A stretch of DNA of 63,878 nt, from positions 66,454,710-66,518,587 of the forward strand of contig NC_068990.1 in assembly GCF_001194135.2 (NCBI RefSeq), given 5' to 3'. Of the stretch, positions 51,171 through 63,878 are shown in pieces (position 1 is the stretch's first letter; every line of letters begins with the position of its first letter). A model generated the notes under the pieces. That model worked only from the letters and a program-made list of their open reading frames with translations. It did no database searches and had not been told where the DNA came from. The position numbers were made by a program, and so were the translations under genes. This DNA comes from Octopus bimaculoides. Taxonomy: Eukaryota.

Positions 51171-52224
51171 NNNNNNNNNNNNNNNNNNNNNNNNNNNNNN
51201 NNNNNNNNNNNNNNNNNNNNNNNNNNNNNNNNNNNNNNNNNNNNNNNNNNNNNNNNNNNNNNNNNNNNNNNNNNNNNNNNNNNNNNNNNNNNNNNNNNNN
51301 NNNNNNNNNNNNNNNNNNNNNNNNNNNNNNNNNNNNNNNNNNNNNNNNNNNNNNNNNNNNNNNNNNNNNNNNNNNNNNNNNNNNNNNNNNNNNNNNNNNN
51401 NNNNNNNNNNNNNNNNNNNNNNNNNNNNNNNNNNNNNNNNNNNNNNNNNNNNNNNNNNNNNNNNNNNNNNNNNNNNNNNNNNNNNNNNNNNNNNNNNNNN
51501 NNNNNNNNNNNNNNNNNNNNNNNNNNNNNNNNNNNNNNNNNNNNNNNNNNNNNNNNNNNNNNNNNNNNNNNNNNNNNNNNNNNNNNNNNNNNNNNNNNNN
51601 NNNNNNNNNNNNNNNNNNNNNNNNNNNNNNNNNNNNNNNNNNNNNNNNNNNNNNNNNNNNNNNNNNNNNNNNNNNNNNNNNNNNNNNNNNNNNNNNNNNN
51701 NNNNNNNNNNNNNNNNNNNNNNNNNNNNNNNNNNNNNNNNNNNNNNNNNNNNNNNNNNNNNNNNNNNNNNNNNNNNNNNNNNNNNNNNNNNNNNNNNNNN
51801 NNNNNNNNNNNNNNNNNNNACTCATGATTGGACTATATCAAGTGGAGGAGAAGACCCGTGCAAGGAACGTGAAGAGAGCACAGCATAAAGACGGAAAGTC
51901 ACGGTGGTGCTCCAGCATGACCACAGCCACTTGTCTGAAACCCATAAATAAATAAATAAATAAATATATATGAAAGAAAGAAAGAAAGAAAGAAAGAAAG
52001 GGAAAGACAGAGAGAAAATATCTATTAATTTTGTGTACATACTTATAGATGTATATGTGTGCGTACGTGTGCTGGTGAATGTGAGTATATATATAATAAT
52101 CTATCCGGGCACGGATTCGCTTAGGCGAAAGTAAATTATGATCAGAATACCTGGAAGTCCTATATAGTGTTTATAAATATTTAACTGCCACGCGCGCGCG
52201 CGCGTATTTATATATATGTATTTA

Positions 52225-52281
<57 letters not shown>

Positions 52282-52429
52282 GTATATATATGTATATATA
52301 TATATATGCATATATCTACACATATATATGCATATATACATATAAATATATATATATGCATGTGTGTGCCTTGTGTTCCTGTATGTATATTTATATATGT
52401 GTGTGTGTATATGTATGTATATATATGTA

Positions 52430-53170
52430 TTATAGATGGGTAAGCCCCAAGAAATAAAGAAAGACGTAGGTGTTGGGTTTGCCATTCGGAATGACCTGGT
52501 GAAACAAATTAACTCGTTGCCTGTTGGCATTAGTAAAAGACTCATGTCATTGCGCATCTGCATTGGCAAAATTAAATATGCAACTATTTTCAGCTGCTAT
52601 GCTTCAACTCAATGAAGTAATCAAAGAGCAGTTCTACTCTGAGCTACATAGAAACATCCCGAATGAAACCATTATCACCTTATTGATTACATAATTGTGA
52701 CGTCTTTCATGAGGGAAGATATCCAAGTAAAATGTTCTTTCTCCGTTGAGAAGTGCTGATACGATCAAAGGGGCATTTCATTATCCACAGTCTTCTTCAT
52801 AGCAATCGTACTCGACCAATTCAAAAACTGTATCAGACAAAGCTCAGAAACAATGCCAATTTAACCTCATTTCAAACAATTCGTGACAACAAACTTGCTA
52901 GCATCTCAGACAACACTGAAATTGAATCAGCGGGTTCTGCTTTTTAAAAATACTGTATTTGAGCCATCTTGTGAAACACTTGGGTATGTTAAGAGGAAAC
53001 ACCAAGATTGGTTTGACACAAATGATCCAAAAATGTATCCTCTTTTGGACAATATGCACAAATGCCACTCTCAATGGATGTCAAATAGAAATAATTCCAC
53101 AAAACACAATGAACTTAAAAGGGACAGAAATACATACTAATCTCAACTGAGGTAAATAAGAGTCGTATGA
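52430..53170 (+). pseudogene. RTE (BovB-like) LINE AP-endonuclease and linker fragments
   Basis: [41 protein letters not shown]; later CETLGYVKRKHQDWFDTND. Confidence 0.85.
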
Positions 53171-53297
53171 GGATTCGGCAATTCTTTGCCGAACAACCAT
53201 ACAGATGATTTGTTTATACGAGTATGGAAATTATATATAAAAATCTATGTGATTCATGTTGTGCAATTTAAGAGAACAACTTTGTTCATTATTATTA

Positions 53298-53359
<62 letters not shown>

Positions 53360-54875
53360 ATTATTATTCATGTCTCTTAAAATGAGCTTTTAGAATCAGG
53401 GATCATTCTAAGTTCAAATACCGCGGAGGTCAACATTCTTTCTTATCCTTCCGGTGTCGATAAAATACGTACTAGGCCACATATCTTTGCTGCCAGTGTG
53501 CCGAATCTGGAACACCGTCAATTTATTCGTTAACTCTCTCATGCTCAAAATCGTTCTCAAATCTCAGGGTTTGCTTTATAATGTCTGACAGCTGATATTA
53601 ACGCGCATACGTTTGAAATATACTTATTTTATTCTTATCAACTCCAAGTTTAATTCGTCTTTCAATTGAATTGAAAGGCCGTAAGTTTTCGGCAGTCTAA
53701 TAGGCATAAAAGAAATAAATACCTCAGCCTCTACGGAAAGATTTCCTTCATTGATTAGTGAGGTTTACTAGAATTTCTAGGGAAAGATCTTGCTTAGATC
53801 TGTATGAATAATCTATCACCACCGATTTCCACAAAATGCTTTCAACTTCACCAATACTCCACTGGTTTAGATTTTTAGCTATCTCTTGACTGAGTCACCA
53901 GAAATGATAGTCCATGCACACGTATGCGCACGCACATAGTTTTGTATGTATATACATATCTATTTATATATATACGCTTATACATACATACATATACATA
54001 CTTATATACATAAATACATACATTATCTGTCTGTCTGTCTGTCCGTCTGTCTATCCATCTCTTTATATATCTATTTATCTATCTATCTATTTGTATGTAT
54101 GTATATATGTGTGTCTACGTATATATTTTTCTTTATGTATGCGTGTGTGTGTTCGTGTGTTTATATATGCATAACTATATATATATACATGTGCGTGTGT
54201 TTGTAGCTGTGCGTGTATGAACGAAGATATTAGTGTTTGTATATATTATCAAAAGGTTGGCAAGTTGCCCGTAATATTTCATCAAGTACAAAAATCAAGA
54301 TCTTGTCATATATTTTTTTCTCTTCTTATTCCTATTAGCATCAAGTTTAGTTCTTTCAATATTCCTCCATCTTTCTCTTTCCATCTCCCTCCTCTATAAT
54401 ATTAATTTCGTTTACCTTAATTTCTTATCATATTTCTCTATTTTCATCCAATATTTTATTCATTATATTTTTTATTATCGCTCCCAAATTGTTTTATCCG
54501 TTCCTCATACTTTCTACTGCATTTCGGTATCCGTTACTTTATCATATTCATTCAATTTTTACCATCTTCACTAATTATCAGTTTTCTTCATTTTTTTGGT
54601 TTGCCAAACCCCATCAGGCTTTTATCACCATTCTTTTTACCATCTTTCATTATTTTCAAGCCGTCATTATTCGTTTGTAATTGCTTCTCGCTATACTTTT
54701 CACTGTCTCCATTTCTTACCAATTGTTTCCCAGTTTTGTATCCTGAATTTCTTGTATTCAATTTACAACATCTCTTTCTCTTCTATTATTAACTATGTAT
54801 ATTGTGATAGGTTTCCGATTTCAGCGAGACATTCTGCTTCTCTTCTCTAATACACGTAAAGAGACGGTCTGTCTG

Positions 54876-54981
<106 letters not shown>

Positions 54982-55484
54982 NNNNNNNNNNNNNNNNNNN
55001 NNNNNNNNNNNNNNNNNNNNNNNNNNNNNNNNNNNNNNNNNNNNNNNNNNNNNNNNNNNNNNNNNNNNNNNNNNNNNNNNNNNNNNNNNNNNNNNNNNNN
55101 NNNNNNNNNNNNNNNNNNNNNNNNNNNNNNNNNNNNNNNNNNNNNNNNNNNNNNNNNNNNNNNNNNNNNNNNNNNNNNNNNNNNNNNNNNNNNNNNNNNN
55201 NNNNNNNNNNNNNNNNNNNNNNNNNNNNNNNNNNNNNNNNNNNNNNNNNNNNNNNNNNNNNNNNNNNNNNNNNNNNNNNNNNNNNNNNNNNNNNNNNNNN
55301 NNNNNNNNNNNNNNNNNNNNNNNNNNNNNNNNNNNNNNNNNNNNNNNNNNNNNNNNNNNNNNNNNNNNNNNNNNNNNNNNNNNNNNNNNNNNNNNNNNNN
55401 NNNNNNNNNNNNNNNNNNNNNNNNNNNNNNNNNNNNNNNNNNNNNNNNNNNNNNNNNTATGTATTATTTCTTTTCTTTTCTTTT

Positions 55485-55690
55485 TTACTTGTTTCAGTCA
55501 TTTGACTGTGGCCATGCTGGAACACCGCCTTTAGTCGAGTAAATCGACTCCAGGACTTATTCTTTGTAAACCTAGTACTTACTTATTCTATCGGTCTCTT
55601 TTGCAGAACCGCTAAGTTACGGGGACGTAAACACACCACCGTCTCTTGTCAAGCGATGTTGGGGGGACAAACACAGACACACAAATGTAT
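55485..55690 (-). mobile_element. SINE family B 3' half
   Basis: Reverse complement matches 63660-63862. Confidence 0.88.
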
Positions 55691-56056
55691 ACGCGCGAGC
55701 ACACATACACACACACACACACACATACACACACACACACACACAGGTCGCATTTGAAATTGTTTTCTTGTCATTCGTTGATTCATATTACACTTTGTAC
55801 TCACCTAACGCCTTACTCAAAAGCATATATATACTTAGTTCTTCCGGCCTGTTGTTAGTATCTCTATGCTTTAGCTAAATCATAATGTATATTACACTCT
55901 CTCTGTCATACACATACATGCAGACATACAGACACACACATGGAAAGATACATGTGTGTATATATATGCGTGTGTAGGTTGTGTTATAAGTCAAACTATA
56001 AATCAGTTTATACAACTTAACTTCAACTTTAGCTTGCAAAGAAAACCTGTGATCTT

Positions 56057-56141
<85 letters not shown>

Positions 56142-56393
56142 TGCGTGTGCGTGCGCGTGTACATCACATTATACTAATACTAATTCAATGCAGAGAATAG
56201 TTTGTGAAATGATGCATATAACACATTTGCGTGCCATCTAAGACATATAAGAATCAACTGTGATTCAATATACTCAGTGCGAGGATTCGGAATAGATACC
56301 ATTGTAGCGAATAAACTGTACTGAAAAATATTTAAGTAGTGCAAAAGGTAATGTTAAGACAAGTAGTGTCCATAAATTATCGTTTGCAAGGCG

Positions 56394-56464
56394 CCGGAAG
56401 CTTTAGCGCTCGTAACTTGTCTGTCACTTCCGCTTGTAATTTTATATATGCTGGGAAATGTAAT
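56394..56464. promoter_or_regulatory. Putative housekeeping-type promoter motif cluster (2 ETS + Staf/ZNF143-like site)
   Basis: CCGGAAG at 56394-56400, CACTTCCG at 56425-56432, ATGCTGGGAAATGTAAT at 56448-56464 (reverse ATTACATTTCCCAGCAT vs consensus ACTACAnnTCCCAGCAT); locally CpG-rich. Confidence 0.35.
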
Positions 56465-56856
56465 TCGTGAGGTTATACGCCGCTGCAGGCATCTGGCTAT
56501 GAATGCAATGCAGAGTGAAAGAGAGTGACGCGAACAGAGGGTGAGAGACAGAGGGAGAGAGAGAGAGAAGGAAGGAAGAGATATGAAGAGAAATAAAGCA
56601 AAAGGTACAGGAAATAAGCAAATATTAATATCTAAAAGAGAAAGCTGAGAGATATAGCAGATGCAACACACACGCATACAAGTATGCAAGGATATATAAG
56701 TATTAAAACAATCGCATGGAAACCTCATCAAAACTGCAGGAGAATGTTCGTTAAAAATCAGTGTTTAAAACAATATGTATAAATGATAGGTGTAGAGAAC
56801 TGAAGTAGGAAAAATGACTGAAAGATTATGTCTGAATTACTGAATTAGATATTATA

Positions 56857-58164
56857 TCAGGTCATCCCATAAGTTCTGTCCGAATTTTTAATAAAGAAAA
56901 CAAGCCGTCAAATGTTATATTTAATTGAAATTTAATCATCAATGTGCTTTCCCTGATTATCTATGACTTCCTTCCATCTATTTACAAGCTTTTTAATCCC
57001 ATCAATATAAAACTCTTTTGGTTTCGAAGCGAAGAACTCTGAAATGTCAGTTTCGACCTCCTCCTGTCTTGCGAAATCTATGTCCCCCAAATCATACTGT
57101 AAACTACGAAACAAATGGTAGNNNNNNNNNNNNNNNNNNNNNNNNNNNNNNNNNNNNNNNNNNNNNNNNNNNNNNNNNNNNNNNNNNNNNNNNNNNNNNN
57201 NNNNNNNNNNNNNNNNNNNNNNNNNNNNNNNNNNNNNNNNNNNNNNNNNNNNNNNNNNNNNNNNNNNNNNNNNNNNNNNNNNNNNNNNNNNNNNNNNNNN
57301 NNNNNNNNNNNNNNNNNNNNNNNNNNNNNNNNNNNNNNNNNNNNNNNNNNNNNNNNNNNNNNNNNNNNNNNNNNNNNNNNNNNNNNNNNNNNNNNNNNNN
57401 NNNNNNNNNNNNNNNNNNNNNNNNNNNNNNNNNNNNNNNNNNNNNNNNNNNNNNNNNNNNNNNNNNNNNNNNNNNNNNNNNNNNNNNNNNNNNNNNNNNN
57501 NNNNNNNNNNNNNNNNNNNNNNNNNNNNNNNNNNNNNNNNNNNNNNNNNNNNNNNNNNNNNNNNNNNNNNNNNNNNNNNNNNNNNNNNNNNNNNNNNNNN
57601 NNNNNNNNNNNNNNNNNNNNNNNNNNNNNNNNNNNNNNNNNNNNNNNNNNNNNNNNNNNNNNNNNNNNNNNNNNNNNNNNNNNNNNNNNNNNNNNNNNNN
57701 NNNNNNNNNNNNNNNNNNNNNNNNNNNNNNNNNNNNNNNNNNNNNNNNNNNNNNNNNNNNNNNNNNNNNNNNNNNNNNNNNNNNNNNNNNNNNNNNNNNN
57801 CGATCTTCAAGGCTGAAATCTCCACTACTGAATTTTGCAAACCATCTTCTGCAAGTTCTTTCATTCAAGCATTCTTTCCCATAAACTGAGTGTATGATTC
57901 AAGTCACTTCGGCTGCAGAGTTTCTTTTTTTATACTCATAAAGCATTATGTGCCTTAAATGCTATTTGGAAACTTCCATGTTAGAAAGGGTTTTAATCAA
58001 AGAAATTTTAATTTTATTATTCTGTAAAATAATATTTGATTAGTTTAAATGTACACAAATGCATAAAAATAATCTTTAATTCCATTAGACATTCTGAAAT
58101 ACTATTAAATTTCATTCAATTTTAAAAAAAGGTAAAATCGGACAGAACTTATTGGATGACCTGA
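56857..58164 (-). mobile_element. Full-length mariner (1308 bp including estimated gap), both TIRs, TA TSD
   Basis: TA|TCAGGTCATCCCATAAGTTCTGTCCGA and the reverse complement of the right end TCAGGTCATCCAATAAGTTCTGTCCGA differ at 1 base. Confidence 0.95.
56932..57979 (-). pseudogene. Mariner transposase, inactivated; centre unsequenced (57122-57800)
   Basis: MEVSK*HLRHIMLYEYKKRNSAAEVT*..NERTCRRWFAKFSSGDFSLED / YHLFRSLQ..DGIKKLVNRWKEVIDNQGKHIDD*; two premature stops. Confidence 0.9.
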
Positions 58165-58396
58165 TAGTTAAATATACTCAGTACATGAATTAATGTCTAG
58201 ACAACATTATGTAACACGAATTATGCCTTTTGGTAGCAACTATTATTCCCTATTTGCTTACGCATAGAATGTATGAAACATGATTAATATTTTCTTCAAA
58301 CATTGCTTTTGTTACATTTATTCAATCCCCAAAGTATTGCTCTCAAAACATTTCTATGATGCTCCCCTACTACTCCTGCTCACCACCATCACCACC

Positions 58397-58463
<67 letters not shown>

Positions 58464-59640
58464 ACATCTTCATAACTATATTTTAAGTGGATTGGCTAAA
58501 TCTATTTCAACAAACTCTTAACTTACAAGCATTGTACGCTGCTATAATTTCAGCTAAACTTCTAGTAGTTAAATAGGGAAGTTTAGCTGTATCTCTCTGT
58601 TAACAAGCTACCATACTTACTCAATGGTGCATAATGGTGCGTAATAGAGCCAAGGAAAAAAAGTGTAGTAGTATATGTGTGTTCGTGTGTATATATGTTC
58701 TTTTCTGTTTTTAATTAAATTCTTCTTCTGTAGAGGGAGCTGGTTTCTAACAAATGTACAAAGTTCCATCGTTGAAATGTAGATAACGAAAACAATGTCA
58801 CATTTTAAACTTGAGAATAGTCTTGCTTAGTTACTGCTTCACGTACGGATTGTATTTCCAATGTACGCATTAGTTGGTTGATTTCTTTTTCTCAAACTTT
58901 AAGCTTATTTAGACTGACAGTAAGGCATGTATGTATATATGTATGTATGTATGTATGCATGCATGTATGTATGTGTGTATGTATGTATGTATGTATGTAT
59001 GTAATGTATGTATGTACAACATCGAAATGAGAAGGAGTGATTTATGGTCAATGAGAGATCAAGATTTTGAGATTTTTGAATTAATTCTTCAGAAAATCAG
59101 GCTGATAAAATGAGGAAACTGAAGAAAACGCGTTTATTTTTTTCAAACCTTATAGATATGCATTTTCTAAATAACATATGTATAATATTTCAGAATTCAT
59201 TCAAATAAAAGATAATTCAATGGAAAACAGACTCCGATTACAACTTGAAAGATCGGAAAGTGTGCAATTCAATGCATGGGAAATTATGATCTATTTAGTT
59301 ATAATGTATTTAAGAATACTGCACAGTTACCTATTGCGTTCTGTAATTTGTCGCTTCTCGATTAATGAATGCAAATTTATATAAAAATATGTATTTAGGT
59401 TTTTATGTATTTATACATATATGTGTCAATAAGTCTGTTAATATATCACGAACTGTGTCTCTAGATATATATCTACACACACACTAATGTATATATACAG
59501 TTATGTATATATACATTCATAACTATATATATATACGTATATATAGATAGATAGTTATGCATACACACACACGCACACATATACGCCCACATAATACATG
59601 TACATATATTTGCGTTATAATACGTAGAGATTTATTATTG

Positions 59641-59674
<34 letters not shown>

Positions 59675-59702
59675 GTATATATATGTGTACATGTATATGT
59701 AC

Positions 59703-59748
<46 letters not shown>

Positions 59749-61816
59749 ATGTATATATGTATATATGTATACCTATATGTATACCTATATGTATACCATA
59801 TTAGAGATTATGAGTGCAAAAGTGTGAGAGATATTTGCGGAGGAAACAAGGAATATGACTTTAAGAAAGCTGAGAAGTAATGCATGATAGCATGCAATTA
59901 AGTGTGCAATTGAAAGAGCACTTGTACTTATGCGTGTGTGTTTGTGTGCGCGCGCATATATAAGTGAGTGCCTCTCTGCGACTGCATGCATCTATGCGGG
60001 TATTTATGTATGTGTGTGAGCGAGGGAGAGAAAGAAATAGAGAGAAAGAGTATGGGAGAAACTGCTTGATTTTTCCCAGGTAATGTAATGTAATGCATTT
60101 CCTGTTGGACACATAGTTGTAACTATTCTGTTCATTGGATTGAAATTCCGTTTTCCTCAATGGAAGCTTCTTCGAAATTACAGATTAAATCTGAGACCTG
60201 AAGGAACACCTCCCCAACCGCCGCGGTGACACCCGCGCCGGCCTCTTATTGGTGAGCTACTCTTCATGGGCAAAAGATTTTAGAATATTCTTGCTAATCG
60301 TAGCAGCGACGATTTTCTACAAGTTTCAAAGATCAATCCTAAATTCTTGTAAACTGATTCATTGTGTGTGTGTGTGTGTGTGTCTATGTGTGTGTGTGTG
60401 TCTATGTGTGTGTGTGCGTGTGTGCGTGTGTGCNNNNNNNNNNNNNNNNNNNNNNNNNNNNNNNNNNNNNNNNNNNNNNNNNNNNNNNNNNNNNNNNNNN
60501 NNNNNNNNNNNNNNNNNNNNNNNNNNNNNNNNNNNNNNNNNNNNNNNNNNNNNNNNNNNNNNNNNNNNNNNNNNNNNNNNNNNNNNNNNNNNNNNNNNNN
60601 NNNNNNNNNNNNNNNNNNNNNNNNNNNNNNNNNNNNNNNNNNNNNNNNNNNNNNNNNNNNNNNNNNNNNNNNNNNNNNNNNNNNNNNNNNNNNNNNNNNN
60701 NNNNNNNNNNNNNNNNNNNNNNNNNNNNNNNNNNNNNNNNNNNNNNNNNNNNNNNNNNNNNNNNNNNNNNNNNNNNNNNNNNNNNNNNNNNNNNNNNNNN
60801 NNNNNNNNNNNNNNNNNNNNNNNNNNNNNNNNNNNNNNNNNNNNNNNNNNNNNNNNNNNNNNNNNNNNNNNNNNNNNNNNNNNNNNNNNNNNNNNNNNNN
60901 NNNNNNNNNNNNNNNNNNATATATATATATATATAGAGATCTCTATCAAAAATTTGATAAAAATATTGTACCTATTATCAACGTAGCAAAATTCTCCTAT
61001 GAAAAGTTGTTAATCATACAATTTTGAGCTATAGCGCGATCCATTGTAAAGATTTTATTAATGACCTATGAACATTTCGATGTAATATCCCGACTCACTC
61101 CTGTATGTTATAACATATGGAATATTGTATATATAATATATATGTATTCTGCACTTGAAACCATCAATAGCAGCGGCAAAATGGACCAATTTAGCCTCTC
61201 TTCTGGCACAAACAGCAGCGGCGCTGTCAAAAACAACCATCCGCTTTTGCTGTGTATCAATTCATAACACAGGGTACGCTTCAAAATAATGTGTCAGAAA
61301 ACAATAAACATACATACGTATGTGTGTGTTGGTGTGTGAGAAATTTACACACACACACCCACTGAGCTGAGCTGTCTTGGTAGGTGTCCTCACTGTCTTG
61401 ACAAAACAGAGAATTAACTTTTCTAAATTAAAGAAAAAGAAATAGACGATGAAAACCATTAATGTTTTTGCGACTTTTTTTTTCCGATTAGTAAACGAAA
61501 TAGAATGGTAATTTATAGTCTATATATTTCATTAAGTATTTCTGTATTTACTCTGAATGAAGGGAAATTTTCTGTCTTTCTCCCTGTCACTCTGTCGCTT
61601 TTTATTTACATCTGTTTTTGTGTTTGTCAACTGAAATAGACAAATTAACACAGACACACACATATATTAATGTGAATTGTCTTCATGAAAAAAACATTTG
61701 TTCAAAAAATTTAATATGAGTTGTAGTACAACACTTACGATTAAGGGAAGACTTTGACGTAATGTCTCGTCTCTTACGGTTTGGAAGAAATCTATTCTTT
61801 AAACGGCGATGATATA

Positions 61817-62630
61817 CGTGATCTAATCAATAAGTATCCGGCCTGTAGCTATAATAACGGTGCTGAAGTACGCAGAGTGAAGCCCTTTCACAAAGACTGA
61901 CGTTGAAATCTGGTGTGCATGCGCACTAAGTTTTAACATTCTAACTTACTTCCGTTGTTTACAACAGTGTTTGGAAGGAAGGTGTGTAGCGTGCGATCGT
62001 CGCATTGACCATAACAGAGAAAGTTGAGCAGAGAACCAATATCAAATTTTGTCAAAAGCTTGGTGATAACTGCTCAGAAGCATACGTAAAGTTTTCAAAA
62101 CGTTTTCATAGTTCTCGATACAATCAAGACCTTGTGCAATTGAAACCCGAGCGTCCTTTTGGTCAGGTGAAAGCAGTTTTGGCACAAATTTGGCAGAGAC
62201 GTGTCTCATACTCGAGTCTTGAGTGATAATAGACTGAACTGAACCGTAACTAATCTGCACATCCTCTGATAAATCACGGAAAGCACATGTGCGATTTATT
62301 TCTCCGCTCTGATGGTTGCGGGTCTCCCAGAATATTCGTCAATATCAACATATTTTCGGCCATCTTGGAAAAGTCTGAACCACTCGTACACTTGTGAACT
62401 TTTTCTATCATGGTCTATCTGAACTTTCTCTATCATAGTCAATACGACAATCTCACGCCACACATTTTCCGCCTAAGCACTGCTAGAAACAGCGGGAGTA
62501 AGCTAGAAGGTTAAAACGTAATACACATGCACAGCAGAGATCTAGATCAATCTGAGCCAAGCGGCTTTACACTGCGTGCTTCAGCTTCGTTATTATGGCA
62601 ACAGATCGGATACTTATTGTTCAGACCTCG
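61817..62630. mobile_element. Mariner derivative composed of two convergent 5' ends
   Basis: + arm TA|CGTGATCTAATCAATAAGTATCCGG..TEKVEQRTNIKFCQKLGD; - arm TA|CGAGGTCTGAACAATAAGTATCCGA..QVYEWFRLFQDGR..SYGSVQSIITQDSSMRHVSAKFVPKLL; junction ~62085. Confidence 0.85.
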
Positions 62631-63014
62631 TAAATTAACAGCCAAAATGTGTCTTACCATAAACGCGATACTTGTCTACACCTGTAGTACGAAAAGAATG
62701 GAGAGAGAAGGTACTGTTAGAGAGAAATACAGAGAGACAGACACAGAGACACACATACATGTATGTGAATATATATATANNNNNNNNNNNNNNNNNNNNN
62801 NNNNNNNNNNNNNNNNNNNNNNNNNNNNNNNNNNNNNNNNNNNNNNNNNNNNNNNNNNNNNNNNNNNNNNNNNNNNNNNNNNNNNNNNNNNNNNNNNNNN
62901 NNNNNNNNNNNNNNNNNNNNNNNNNNNNNNNNNNNNNNNNNNNNNNNNNNNNNNNNNNNNNNNNNNNNNNNNNNNNNNNNNNNNNNNNNNNNNNNNNNNN
63001 NNNNNNNNNNNNNN

Positions 63015-63473
63015 TATATATTTTTAAGGACGGCACAAGGACTACTATGAAGTCACTTAGAATGGATCCAGAAGACATAGAAACCCTTGCTTCGGATCGT
63101 GTTCGATGGTGAACAAGAGTGTGGAGTGGAGTGAAATCATTTGAAGAGGCCAGGATGACGCATGTAGGACTCAAAAGAGAACTAAGCAAGAATGTTACGA
63201 TCGAGAAGGTGAATGACAATGACCTTTTTGTGTGCAGTTTGTGAAAGACCATGCTTGCCTTTCGTTGGGCTCAAGTCTCATTTGCGAACCCATGGAAAAC
63301 AAACTTCCACCAACTATTCTGCCTATATGTCTGTGCACACCTTTGAATGCAATGTATGCCAGAAGGGTTGCAAATCTAACGGACACCTCAAAAGATATTT
63401 TAATACCCACAAAGATCGGAACTTATCTGCAGTTCTTGGTGGTCCAAATCTGATGAGCAATCTATGCGGGTGA
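63015..63473 (+). pseudogene. RTE LINE ORF C-terminus with tandem C2H2 zinc fingers
   Basis: FKD..MKSLRMDPEDIETLASDRVRW*..GVKSFEEAR..KR, then (frameshift) FLCAVCERPCLPFVGLKSHLRTH, FECNVCQKGCKSNGHLKRYFNTH, LMSNLCG*. Confidence 0.82.
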
Positions 63474-63477
63474 CTTT

Positions 63478-63862
63478 TCAGTACGTGGTAAGATGCTTGC
63501 TTCCCAACGACATAGCACCAGGTTCAGTCACACAGCGTGTTGCCTTGGGAAAATGACGTTTACTATAGCCTCGCAAAGTCTTCTCAGTTGATCTGGTAGA
63601 CGAAAACTGAAGGAAGCCCGTTGTGTATATATGAATATATTTGTATGAGTATGTTTTTGCGTCTGTGTTTGTCTCCACTGTATCGTTTGACAAGAGATGT
63701 TGGTGTGCTTATGTTCTCGTACGATAGCGGTTAAGCAAAAGTGACAGATAGAATAAGTACTAGGCTTACAAAAATAAGTATTGAGATCAAATTCGACTAA
63801 AATACGCTTTAAAGCGGTGCTTCAGCAAGGCTGCAATCAAATGACTCAAACTAGTAAAAGAA
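63478..63862 (+). mobile_element. Near full-length SINE family B (tRNA-like head, internal TA/TG tract)
   Basis: gtggtaagatgcttgc A-box-like, ggttcagtc B-box-like, ccttggg.aa CORE-like start, 3' end gcggtgct.cagca..caaatgact.aaac.agtaaaag. Confidence 0.88.
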
Positions 63863-63878
63863 TATATATATATATATA

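Noticed and set aside
53396-53410. TCAGGGATCATTCTA resembles U3 snoRNA box A
   Set aside because: No other U3 elements; the following bases are a SINE A fragment (aagttcaaataccgcggagg).

Overview
AT-rich, gap-rich animal genomic DNA saturated with microsatellites. I infer a coleoid cephalopod (octopus) from recall of the SINE families and the repeat landscape; no search was run. I find no intact host protein-coding gene, rRNA, true tRNA gene or CRISPR array. Nearly all ORFs in the supplied track are artefacts of simple repeats or N-gaps. The window holds layered mobile-element remains: at least four SINE families (>15 copies), R4/Dong-clade LINE fragments embedded in (AAT)n, L1/Tx1 and RTE LINE fragments, several mariner/Tc1 derivatives (one full-length with both TIRs), and Helitron remnants. 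Most notable: (1) dispersed minimal hammerhead-ribozyme-like motifs of the Penelope-like-element type, with palindromic stem III and a recurring non-canonical core (CCGAYGA or CCGUGA rather than CUGANGA); (2) an (AAT)n-flanked non-tRNA repeat ('family X'), one copy of which has its middle replaced by R4/Dong coding sequence; (3) an RTE LINE ending in tandem C2H2 fingers; (4) a mariner built from two convergent 5' ends. All alignments and translations were done by eye, so boundaries are approximate unless TIRs or TSDs define them.
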